Source: Campylobacterales bacterium
GTDB taxonomy: Bacteria; Campylobacterota; Campylobacteria; Campylobacterales; Sulfurimonadaceae
Direction: 5' to 3'
Assembly (NCBI GenBank): GCA_038205935.1
Contig: JBBRBK010000004.1
Coordinates: 22,484 to 86,483 of the forward strand
Length of the DNA stretch: 64,000 nt
How positions within the stretch are numbered: the first letter of the stretch is position 1; each line of letters starts with the position of its first letter. The position numbers and the translations under genes were made by a program. Below are positions 23,603 through 32,315 of this stretch, one piece after another. The notes beneath the pieces were generated by a model. That model searched no databases. It was given only the letters and a program-made list of their open reading frames with translations, and was not told the DNA's origin.

Positions 23603-24639
23603 AAATAGGTAATTTTGATTTAGAAGAAGATGGTACCTATATCATAGCAGAAATGAGTGCGAATCATAATGGTTCACTTCAAACTGCACTCGAAACAATT
23701 AAAGCTGTAAAAGAGATTGGAGCAAATGCAATAAAACTCCAAACCTATACAGCAGATACACTCACACTTAACTCAAAAAAAGATGATTTTATAGTTAAGG
23801 GTGGAACACTTTGGGATGGAGAGAGCCTCTATGAACTCTATACAAAAGCGCATACTCCATGGGAGTGGCATAAAGAGTTATTTGATTACGCACGAGCTAT
23901 TGGCATTGATATATTTTCAACTCCTTTTGACAAAAGTGCAGTTGATTTCTTAGAGCAATTTAGCCAATCAGCTTATAAAATTGCTTCATTTGAGATAACA
24001 GATTATGAACTCATAAGATATACTGCTTCAATGATGAAGCCTATCATCATTAGCACAGGCATAGCGACTATTGATGAGATTCAAGATGCCGTAAATATTT
24101 GCCGAGATGTTGGCAATAATAATATAGTCCTTTTAAAATGCACCTCAGCATACCCGGCAGCACTTGAAGATGCAAATCTCCTGACCATTCCAAACTTGGC
24201 TCAAACTTTTGGAGTAATCTCCGGCTTTTCAGACCATACACTCGGAAGTACTGCGCCTATAGCAGCAGTTGCACTTGGAGCAAAAGTAATAGAAAAACAC
24301 TTTATTTTAGATCGTTCCATCGGCGGAGCTGACGCTGAATTTTCTATGGACAAACAAGAGTTTGCTGCTATGGTAAAAGCTATAAGAGATACTGAAAAAC
24401 TTCTTGGCAAAGTAGATTATTCCATGAGTGAAAACAAGCAAAAAAGCAGACAGTTTTCAAGAAGTCTCTATGCGAGTCAAGATATCAAAAAAGGTGAGAT
24501 CTTCAGCACTGAGAATATCAAAAGCGTAAGACCCTCACATGGATTACATCCAAAATATTTAAACGATGTTTTAGGTAAAAAAGCCTCAAAAAATTTAGAG
24601 TTTGCAAATCCACTTACATGGGGAGATATAAAAGAATGA
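23599..24639 (+). CDS. pseI: Pseudaminic acid synthase
   Basis: IAEMSANHNG, KLQTYTADT, KIASFEITD, LLKCTSAYP and GFSDHT motifs; SAF C-terminal domain. Confidence 0.95.
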   Translation: MKIGNFDLEEDGTYIIAEMSANHNGSLQTALETIKAVKEIGANAIKLQTYTADTLTLNSKKDDFIVKGGTLWDGESLYELYTKAHTPWEWHKELFDYARAIGIDIFSTPFDKSAVDFLEQFSQSAYKIASFEITDYELIRYTASMMKPIIISTGIATIDEIQDAVNICRDVGNNNIVLLKCTSAYPAALEDANLLTIPNLAQTFGVISGFSDHTLGSTAPIAAVALGAKVIEKHFILDRSIGGADAEFSMDKQEFAAMVKAIRDTEKLLGKVDYSMSENKQKSRQFSRSLYASQDIKKGEIFSTENIKSVRPSHGLHPKYLNDVLGKKASKNLEFANPLTWGDIKE

Positions 24640-25694
24640 AAAAAAGACAACAAGAAGAGTTACTATGTATGCTCGATGATATGGATAAGCAAGAGGAACT
24701 GTACAGACCAACTAGTTTTTGGCAAGAGGCTTCAAAACTTATTATAGAAGATATAAATAACAATGGAATTACTAACTTTAGAAGTTTAGTTTCTGCTTAT
24801 AGTATGTTTGCACCAATATACTCCTATTTTGAATACGTAAAAGATAAAACTCTTTTTAAAAAAACAAAAAATGAACTGCTTAAGGTGACATCAGATATAA
24901 AATCAAATATAAAGCTAGAACTATTAATTTCTGGACAAATACAAGCATGGAGTGATTATAGAGTTTTACAAGCCTCAAATAGAGATTATGCCCCGTATAC
25001 CGATAAAGTGACAGAAAGTAACATTGGGAACCCTATAGAGCACTATAATTTTGATGGACGTAACTTTTCACGCTCATTTTTGAACTATCTCTTAGGACTT
25101 AGTTTTTTAAAACAACATATCGAGTCTCCAAAGATAAAAACAGTGATGGAAATTGGTGGCGGTTTTGGAACTTTAGGTGAGATACTTTTAGGTGATGAGA
25201 GACATGACTATTTTTATATTAATGCCGATATTCCTCCTGTATCATTCGTATCCTCTTACTATCTAAAAGAGTTATTTGGAGATGAAGTTGCAACTTATAG
25301 TGATTTAAAAGAAAGAGAATTACTAGATATTGACGTACTCAAACAAGAGTACAAAGCACTCAATATCGCTTCATGGCAAGTACCAAAACTAAGGGGTAAA
25401 ATTGATTTGTTTGTAAACTTTATCTCGTTTCAAGAGATGGAGCCAGAAGTAGTACAGAACTACGCAAATTACATTATCAAACTCAATCCACAATATATTT
25501 TACTGCGAAACATAGAAGAGGGAAAAAAGAGAAAAGATGAAAATACAATCTATGGAGTTGATGAACCTATTTTAGGCTCTTCATATGATAATTTTTTTCC
25601 AAATTATAAACTTTTAGCTACTGATGGTTCTATTTTTGGTTTCAAGACAGAAGATAATTTTCATTCTCAACTAAGACTTTATATAAGGAAATAA
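24636..25694 (+). CDS. Putative sugar O-methyltransferase
   Basis: VMEIGGGFG and DLFVNFISFQEM motifs; ATGA overlap with the pseI stop. Confidence 0.8.
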   Translation: MKKRQQEELLCMLDDMDKQEELYRPTSFWQEASKLIIEDINNNGITNFRSLVSAYSMFAPIYSYFEYVKDKTLFKKTKNELLKVTSDIKSNIKLELLISGQIQAWSDYRVLQASNRDYAPYTDKVTESNIGNPIEHYNFDGRNFSRSFLNYLLGLSFLKQHIESPKIKTVMEIGGGFGTLGEILLGDERHDYFYINADIPPVSFVSSYYLKELFGDEVATYSDLKERELLDIDVLKQEYKALNIASWQVPKLRGKIDLFVNFISFQEMEPEVVQNYANYIIKLNPQYILLRNIEEGKKRKDENTIYGVDEPILGSSYDNFFPNYKLLATDGSIFGFKTEDNFHSQLRLYIRK

Positions 25695-25697
25695 TGA

Positions 25698-26420
25698 ATG
25701 ACCATAAACATATCAATTGAAGTGAGAATGACATCATCGAGGCTTCCAGGTAAAGTATTAAAGCCAATCAAAGGACTTCCCTCTTTGGAAATAATGATAC
25801 ATCGAATCAAAAAAGCTAAAAATATTGATAACATCATAGTTGCAACAACCACAAATAAAGAAGATGATGTGATTGTTTCTTGGTGTCAAAAAAATGGCAT
25901 AAGCTACTTCAGGGGAAGTGAACACAATGTTTACGAAAGAATTTTAAACGCTCATATACATTACAACACTGATATTATAATTGAATTAACAGGAGATTGT
26001 CCATTAATAGACTATGCAGTTATTGATAAATGTTTATCAATATATTTAAATAATGATTACGATTATGTGCGCACCAGTTCTAATTATCCTTTAGGTATGG
26101 GGATAGCAATTTTTTCATTGAAAACCTTACAAAGTGTTTCAATAAACAGAAATTTAGAATATCAAGACATGGAGCATGTCTCTCCTTACCTTTATACAAG
26201 TGGTCTTTATAAATGTTTTGATGTTGAGTCGTCAGAAGATGAAACTGCTCCTTGGCTATCAGTAACATTGGATACAATAGAAGATTTAAAAGTTATTACT
26301 AATGTTTGTGACAACTTTGATACATTTGATTTTTCTTTAAAAGATATTGTATCTTTTGCAAAAAACAATCCATCTCTTGTATCTGAAAATCAAAATATTC
26401 ATAGAAAAGGGCTGGCTTAA
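25698..26420 (+). CDS. SpsF-like cytidylyltransferase domain protein
   Basis: RMTSSRLPGKVL, FRGSE, TGDCP and TLDTIEDL motifs. Confidence 0.85.
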   Translation: MTINISIEVRMTSSRLPGKVLKPIKGLPSLEIMIHRIKKAKNIDNIIVATTTNKEDDVIVSWCQKNGISYFRGSEHNVYERILNAHIHYNTDIIIELTGDCPLIDYAVIDKCLSIYLNNDYDYVRTSSNYPLGMGIAIFSLKTLQSVSINRNLEYQDMEHVSPYLYTSGLYKCFDVESSEDETAPWLSVTLDTIEDLKVITNVCDNFDTFDFSLKDIVSFAKNNPSLVSENQNIHRKGLA

Positions 26421-27406
26421 TGTACAATGTTGCACTCATTGGTATCGGCAACATTGGCTTGCTCTATGACGATAACAAAGGTGACAAAACAAAATCTCTC
26501 TCGCATGTAAAATCCATATACCGACATGAACATTTTAGTCTTCTCTATATTATTGATACAAATGATAGTAACTTAGATAAAGTTAAATCTTTTTTTCCAA
26601 ATGTTCAATACTTTAGTCAACATACTGATATTATCTACAAAGATGATATTGATATTTTAATTATTGCGACTCCTACCGTAACCCATTTTAATATCTTAAA
26701 TGAGTTTTCAAAGAATACAAATATTAAAATGTTTATAATGGAGAAGCCTCTCTTTTCTACTGATAATGAGTATGACAACATCCCAAACAACATTCAGGAC
26801 AAATTGCTCATAAATTATTTAAGAAGATTTGACAAAGCAATACAGAATCTTAAAAAAAATCTTCAACTTTTTCAAACAGAAAAAATATTGATACACTATT
26901 GCAAGGGCTTGAAAAATAATGGCTCTCATATGATTGATTTAGTAAATTATCTCTACAATAATCCTAAGATAATTTCATCAACAATACTTGGATCATCCCC
27001 AGGATTTGATCAATCTGATTTCAACTATGATCTATTCATAGAAATAGAAATCGATTCAAGAATAATTCCACTGTATTTTATAAGTCACCAACATACAAAT
27101 TACAATTTGATAGAACTCAATATCTATACTAAAGAAAGTATGATCAAATATACAAATTCAAAAGGGACAATAGAATACTATAATATTGTCGCAGATAAAA
27201 ACTTCCCGCAGTACTCAATTTTTTCTGATCAAGCACAATTTATTGATAGAATGGACAGTGCATTTCCAATGTCACATCTTTACGATAAAGCTTATTCCAT
27301 TCTTGAGTATGACGACAGCAATATATCGTCCTATTATGATGAAATAGCAAATAAAATTTTCTTTAATTCCATATTTACAAAAAAACAAGTTGTATCTCAA
27401 TTATGA
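26420..27406 (+). CDS. Gfo/Idh/MocA family oxidoreductase
   Basis: IGIGNIG, IATPTVTH, MEKP, NYLRRF and NGSHMIDL motifs. Confidence 0.88.
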   Translation: MYNVALIGIGNIGLLYDDNKGDKTKSLSHVKSIYRHEHFSLLYIIDTNDSNLDKVKSFFPNVQYFSQHTDIIYKDDIDILIIATPTVTHFNILNEFSKNTNIKMFIMEKPLFSTDNEYDNIPNNIQDKLLINYLRRFDKAIQNLKKNLQLFQTEKILIHYCKGLKNNGSHMIDLVNYLYNNPKIISSTILGSSPGFDQSDFNYDLFIEIEIDSRIIPLYFISHQHTNYNLIELNIYTKESMIKYTNSKGTIEYYNIVADKNFPQYSIFSDQAQFIDRMDSAFPMSHLYDKAYSILEYDDSNISSYYDEIANKIFFNSIFTKKQVVSQL

Positions 27407-28353
27407 AGTCAAATAGACTCTTATGTTTTGCACATGATGCAGGAAGTGCGAATGTAACACTTGCTTATGCATATCTCTATAAAAATGTATATACTATAAT
27501 ACAAGCTTTTCCCAAAGGGCCTGCTGTCAATATATGGAAAGAAAACCTTCCCTCTTATCTTTCAGATGAACCTTTCAAATTTCTACCTACAGATACAATC
27601 GTAACAGGTACATCAGGAAAGCATTCCACTTATGAAATGGAAATGATTGTCGCAGCAAAAAAAGAAAATGTAAAAAAGATCATCACAATTTTAGACAACA
27701 CTTCTAATTTTGAAATGAGATTTTTGCTCAATGATTCTATATTGGATCAAGAGCATCTTCCCAATGAAATTTGGATTGACCAAGAAAATTTCAGATCAAA
27801 AATTGATTATTTAAACGATAAACTCATATACAGACACAATATCTATGATGAATATATACAAAACAGATTCAAAGACAATCCACCTAACTTAAATAACAAC
27901 ACCATTAAAAAATATAATGGACAATACCTACTTATACTGACGGAATACATATCTGATCTCTATGGAGATAAATTTGGTTTTGATGAATTTGACTTTTTGA
28001 GAAATGTTTTTGACTCTATAAACGAACTTCTCTTAAATGTCCCTATAATTTTAAAAAAACATCCAGCTGAAGAGATCAATAAATATGATCAATTATTAAC
28101 CCAATACGGTCACTTAAATATTATGCAACTTGATTGCAGCATCCAAGAACTTGTCTACTACAGTAAGATGATTTTTGGTATCAGTTCTTCAGTGTTTAAA
28201 GATGCAATTATTTTTCAAAAACCAACATACAGTATACAAATCGGTTCAAATCAAGAGATACAAACATATCTAGATAACCAATATATCATACATAACAAGC
28301 AAGAACTATTGCCAATTCTTTCAAAAAAATTTATTATACAAGGACAATTATGA
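27403..28353 (+). CDS. Hypothetical glycan-biosynthesis protein (GT-B-like)
   Basis: HDAGSA, KKHPAE and GISSS motifs; in operon with sugar-pathway genes. Confidence 0.55.
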   Translation: MKSNRLLCFAHDAGSANVTLAYAYLYKNVYTIIQAFPKGPAVNIWKENLPSYLSDEPFKFLPTDTIVTGTSGKHSTYEMEMIVAAKKENVKKIITILDNTSNFEMRFLLNDSILDQEHLPNEIWIDQENFRSKIDYLNDKLIYRHNIYDEYIQNRFKDNPPNLNNNTIKKYNGQYLLILTEYISDLYGDKFGFDEFDFLRNVFDSINELLLNVPIILKKHPAEEINKYDQLLTQYGHLNIMQLDCSIQELVYYSKMIFGISSSVFKDAIIFQKPTYSIQIGSNQEIQTYLDNQYIIHNKQELLPILSKKFIIQGQL

Positions 28354-29642
28354 AACTCGCAATAAACGGTGGGAAAAAACTCAGAGAAGAGCCTTTTCCA
28401 GCTTACAATACAATTGGCATAGAGGAGGAGGAAGCTGTTTTAAGAGTTCTTAGAAGTGGGAAACTCTCAACTTATATCGGTTCATGGCATGATGATTTTT
28501 ATGGTGGGACTGAAGTTAAAGCTCTAGAAAGTGAATGGGCTAATTTTTTTGGTGTCAAACATGCAATAAGTGTTAACTCTGCCACATCTGGGCTCTATGC
28601 AGCCGTCGGTGCTATTGGTATCCATCCTGGAGATGAGGTTATCGTCTCTCCATACACTATGAGCGCTACTGCTTCTGCCATTCTACTCTATGGAGGAATT
28701 CCTGTCTTTGCAGACGTCGAGGAGGAGTTTTTTTGTCTTGATCCTCAATCAGTAGAAAGCCTTATTACAGACAAAACAAAAGCCATCATGACAGTAGATA
28801 TATTTGGCCAGCCAAGTGATTTTAAAGCACTCAAAGAGATTGCTACAAAACACAATCTTAAAATCATAGAAGACGCAGCGCAAGCACCTTATGCCAAATA
28901 TGATGGTAAATTTGCCGGTACGCTTGGTGATGTCGGAGTTTTTTCACTCAACTACCATAAACACATCCATAGTGGCGAAGGTGGCATAGTTGTAACAGAT
29001 GATGATGATTTGGCATTTAAAATCCAACTTATCCGCAATCATGCAGAAGCTGTACTAAGTGTGAAAGGATACAAAGATAAAAGTGAACTTCACAATATGC
29101 TCGGCTTTAACTATCGCATGACCGAGATAGAAGCAGCGATAGCAAGAGTGCAACTCACTAAACTCAAAGATTTAGTAGAACAAAGAATCAAAAATGTTAA
29201 GTATTTAGAAGACAAACTAAGAGAGCTTCCATTTTTGATTATTCCACCAGTAAGAGAAAATGGTACACATGTTTACTACGTTCATCCTATTTTATTTAAT
29301 AAAGATGCCACCAGCATACATAGAAATCAATTTATAGACGCTGTAAAAGCAGAACTTCCACCAACGGTTATGCGTGATGAGAGTGCCGTGTTGCTTGGTT
29401 ATGGCTATGTGAAACCTCTTTATCTCCAGCCTCTTTATCAAGAAAAAATCTGTTTTGGCGAGTACCCTTTTTCCTTAAGCGATAGAGGGTATAAAAAAGG
29501 AGATTGTCCAGTGTGCGAAAAACTGCACTACGACACGCTTATCACTCATGAACTAATGCGTCCGGGAATGAATGAAACCGATATGGACGATGTTGTTTCT
29601 GCGTTTGTTAAAGTTTGGGAAAATAAAGAAGAAATTAGTTAA
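28350..29642 (+). CDS. DegT/DnrJ/EryC1/StrS family PLP aminotransferase
   Basis: NSATSGL, IEDAAQA, FSLNYHKHIHSGEGG and GFNYRMTE motifs. Confidence 0.93.
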   Translation: MKLAINGGKKLREEPFPAYNTIGIEEEEAVLRVLRSGKLSTYIGSWHDDFYGGTEVKALESEWANFFGVKHAISVNSATSGLYAAVGAIGIHPGDEVIVSPYTMSATASAILLYGGIPVFADVEEEFFCLDPQSVESLITDKTKAIMTVDIFGQPSDFKALKEIATKHNLKIIEDAAQAPYAKYDGKFAGTLGDVGVFSLNYHKHIHSGEGGIVVTDDDDLAFKIQLIRNHAEAVLSVKGYKDKSELHNMLGFNYRMTEIEAAIARVQLTKLKDLVEQRIKNVKYLEDKLRELPFLIIPPVRENGTHVYYVHPILFNKDATSIHRNQFIDAVKAELPPTVMRDESAVLLGYGYVKPLYLQPLYQEKICFGEYPFSLSDRGYKKGDCPVCEKLHYDTLITHELMRPGMNETDMDDVVSAFVKVWENKEEIS

Positions 29643-29757
29643 TATTTTGTTACAATCACTTAAATTATCAACTTAATCTCATCAGGAATGGATTACATTT
29701 ATAATAAAGTTAATCAGTATGTTTATATTATTACATTAAAAAGGATAGGAAAGAACG

Positions 29758-30459
29758 ATGAATTTGATTGAAAAATATAGTTATGATTACGATCTCAAAT
29801 TAGTGAATTTTGAAAAGTATGTTCCGAGGCAAGCAATATCAAGATTTATGGCAAAATATGAATTATTTAAAATGATTAAAAATACAAAAGGTTCTATTGT
29901 TGAATGTGGTGTACATTTTGGTGGAGGATTAATGGGTTGGGCTAAATTATCAGCTATAATGGAGCCGTATGCGACAAAAAGAAAAATTATAGGCTTTGAT
30001 ACTTTTGAAGGGTTTCCAAATTTAACAAGTGAAGACTTAGAATCCGTGCCACATAGTAATCTAGAAACAGGAAAGTTCAAATCACATGATGCTATTTACG
30101 AAGAATTATTGGAATGTATCCAAGACTATGATAATAGTAGATACTTAAATAATATAAGTAAAGTTGAGCTCGTAAAAGGTGATGCAACAATTACAATCCC
30201 AAAATATGTTCAGGATAATAAACACTTAATTATTAGTCTTTTATACTTAGATTTTGATTTATATCAGCCTACAAAAGTTGCTCTAGAAAACTTTGTTGAA
30301 AGAATGCCAAAGGGTAGTATTATAGCTTTTGATGAGGTGAACAATGAAGCTTGGAAAGGTGAAACAATCGCTGCACTAGAGTATTTTAAAAGTTTCAACA
30401 AGTTAGAGTTAAAAAAATTTGAATTTGATCCTCATATCGCTTATGCTGTTATACAGTAA
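29758..30459 (+). CDS. TylF/MycF-like methyltransferase
   Basis: GSIVECGV, GFDTFEGFP, LVKGD and LYLDFDLY motifs. Confidence 0.85.
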   Translation: MNLIEKYSYDYDLKLVNFEKYVPRQAISRFMAKYELFKMIKNTKGSIVECGVHFGGGLMGWAKLSAIMEPYATKRKIIGFDTFEGFPNLTSEDLESVPHSNLETGKFKSHDAIYEELLECIQDYDNSRYLNNISKVELVKGDATITIPKYVQDNKHLIISLLYLDFDLYQPTKVALENFVERMPKGSIIAFDEVNNEAWKGETIAALEYFKSFNKLELKKFEFDPHIAYAVIQ

Positions 30460-30537
30460 AAGTTTGTTCTCCCTTCAAATCATCTTTTAAAATTACGAAA
30501 GTATTTAAGTTTTCAAGAGTAAAAAAAGGAAGTTTAT

Positions 30538-31446
30538 TTGAGTTTTATTGAAACAAAAGAGAGAAATCTTTTTATTGCGAGTTATCTTAATTACAATCTA
30601 GAAAGTTTCATATTTAAAGAAAAAGAGTTTTATTTTCTAATTATCAATAATGAAATTGGACAATCGCTTACATCCCTTGTTGAAATTAGTGAAGTATATA
30701 TTACATCTGATTTTTTAGATTTTTTAGATGATTTAGTAAAAAATAAAGATTATAAAAGTATAAATTTTAGACTTACTCCATCATTAAATATACCAAATAG
30801 TGACGTTATTAAAGAGCTTTTACTAAGAAACTATAATTCTTACCTCTCTTTCACTTCACTGAAATTACTTACCTTAAGTGAAAATGCTATTTTTTCAGGC
30901 CTTAGAAAAAGTCTTAGGCTCTCCATTAAAAAAGAAATGAAACGGGTAAATGTAAAATTTTATGATAGTACATCCAATGAAGATCATTTATTTTCAGATT
31001 GGATTATTCTTTATTCTTTTGCCATTAACAGAGGAAATCGCAAACTAAGTGATGAAGCAATCGCCATTATGGACAATACTATCAAAAACAATATGGGATT
31101 TGTAGTTTTGGCTTATGAAAATGGAATCCCTTTGGGAGCAGTACTCTTTAACTACTATAAAGGTTTTGCTTATTATTCAGCAGCAGCAAATTCCAGAAGC
31201 ATTGAGGAACAAAACGATAGATATATTGCACATTTCCTTATATGGCAAGGAATAAAAAAATTAAAAGAACTTGGTTGTCATATTTTAGAGATTGGTCCAT
31301 TAGATTTTGATAGCAAACCATCTGCTTCAACAGACTTAAAATTATTAAACATTACAAAATTTAAGCTTAGTTTTAAGGGCAATATTGTTCCTGTCTTTAA
31401 TTTTACAAAATCACTATTTTCTATACAAACAAATCAATCAATTTAA
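30538..31446 (+). CDS. GNAT/FemAB-like acyl- or aminoacyltransferase
   Basis: LRKSLR, AYYSAAA, HFLIWQGIK and FKLSF motifs; TTG start uncertain. Confidence 0.7.
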   Translation: MSFIETKERNLFIASYLNYNLESFIFKEKEFYFLIINNEIGQSLTSLVEISEVYITSDFLDFLDDLVKNKDYKSINFRLTPSLNIPNSDVIKELLLRNYNSYLSFTSLKLLTLSENAIFSGLRKSLRLSIKKEMKRVNVKFYDSTSNEDHLFSDWIILYSFAINRGNRKLSDEAIAIMDNTIKNNMGFVVLAYENGIPLGAVLFNYYKGFAYYSAAANSRSIEEQNDRYIAHFLIWQGIKKLKELGCHILEIGPLDFDSKPSASTDLKLLNITKFKLSFKGNIVPVFNFTKSLFSIQTNQSI

Positions 31447-31454
31447 ATTAGGAG

Positions 31455-32102
31455 TTGAAAATGAATTTAAATGAAATAAATAAGAATGCCCTTGAGATAT
31501 ATAATAAATCTATAGACAAATTTGGAGCGGATACTTTTGGTGCCGTTCATTGGGGAGATGAACAAAAGGCACTTTATCGATATCAACTGATACATAAACA
31601 TATACTCAACGACAGTGAAGTTTCTGTTTTGGATGTTGGTTGTGGAAATGGTGGATTATTTAAATTTCTTAATTTTAGCGGCTTTAGAGGAAAATATACA
31701 GGTTATGATATTAATGAAGACTTAATAAAGTCTGCCAAACAAACATATAGCGGAGTTGCAGACTCTTTTCATGTCATAGATATCTTAAATGATAAAATAA
31801 ATGAAACATTTGATTACGTTGTTGTAAGCGGCCTCTTTAACAGTAATTACGGACAAAATTTAGAATGGGTGCACGCCTTTGTAAAAAAACTCCACAAGCT
31901 TTCAAATAAAAAAGTAATTTTTAATGCCATTTCAACATATACAAATTTTAAAGAAGATTCTATGTATTATATCAATCCACTTGAGATAACTGATTTTATT
32001 ATAAATCATATCTCCAAAGAGGTTATTTTAGAGCATGGTCAACTCCCATACAATTTTCAAATTGTTATTAGTAAAGATAGACCTTGGGAATCAATTTCAT
32101 AA
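31455..32102 (+). CDS. Class I SAM-dependent methyltransferase
   Basis: SVLDVGCGNG, YTGYDIN and FDYVVVSGLFN motifs. Confidence 0.88.
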   Translation: MKMNLNEINKNALEIYNKSIDKFGADTFGAVHWGDEQKALYRYQLIHKHILNDSEVSVLDVGCGNGGLFKFLNFSGFRGKYTGYDINEDLIKSAKQTYSGVADSFHVIDILNDKINETFDYVVVSGLFNSNYGQNLEWVHAFVKKLHKLSNKKVIFNAISTYTNFKEDSMYYINPLEITDFIINHISKEVILEHGQLPYNFQIVISKDRPWESIS

Positions 32103-32113
32103 CTTTTTCGCGA

Positions 32114-32129
32114 TGGAATGATTGTTGCT
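32114..32129 (+). promoter_or_regulatory. sigma54 promoter upstream of the methylase remnant and maf
   Basis: TGGAATGATTGTTGCT fits GG-N10-GC. Confidence 0.65.
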
Positions 32130-32161
32130 AATTTTATATAAATTTCTTAGTGGATATAAAT

Positions 32162-32314
32162 ATGCATAAATACAAAACTAAGCAAGAATCATTTTGGGCG
32201 GTGGCGGTGATGAATCCAGATTTAGTGCTCGTAGATTCTGGTTTTATATATCACAGGGACCCTATGTTTATACAAGGAGATCTTACTTGGTTCTTAATGG
32301 AAAAGAGATCATAA
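32162..32314 (+). pseudogene. Internally deleted remnant of a pseudaminic acid biosynthesis-associated methylase
   Basis: 50 codons, MHKYKTKQESFWA joined to ...PDLVLVDSGFIYHRDPMFIQGDLTWFLMEKRS. These resemble the N- and C-termini of that family as I recall them. GGCGGT tandem repeat at the junction. Confidence 0.7.
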
Positions 32315-32315
32315 A

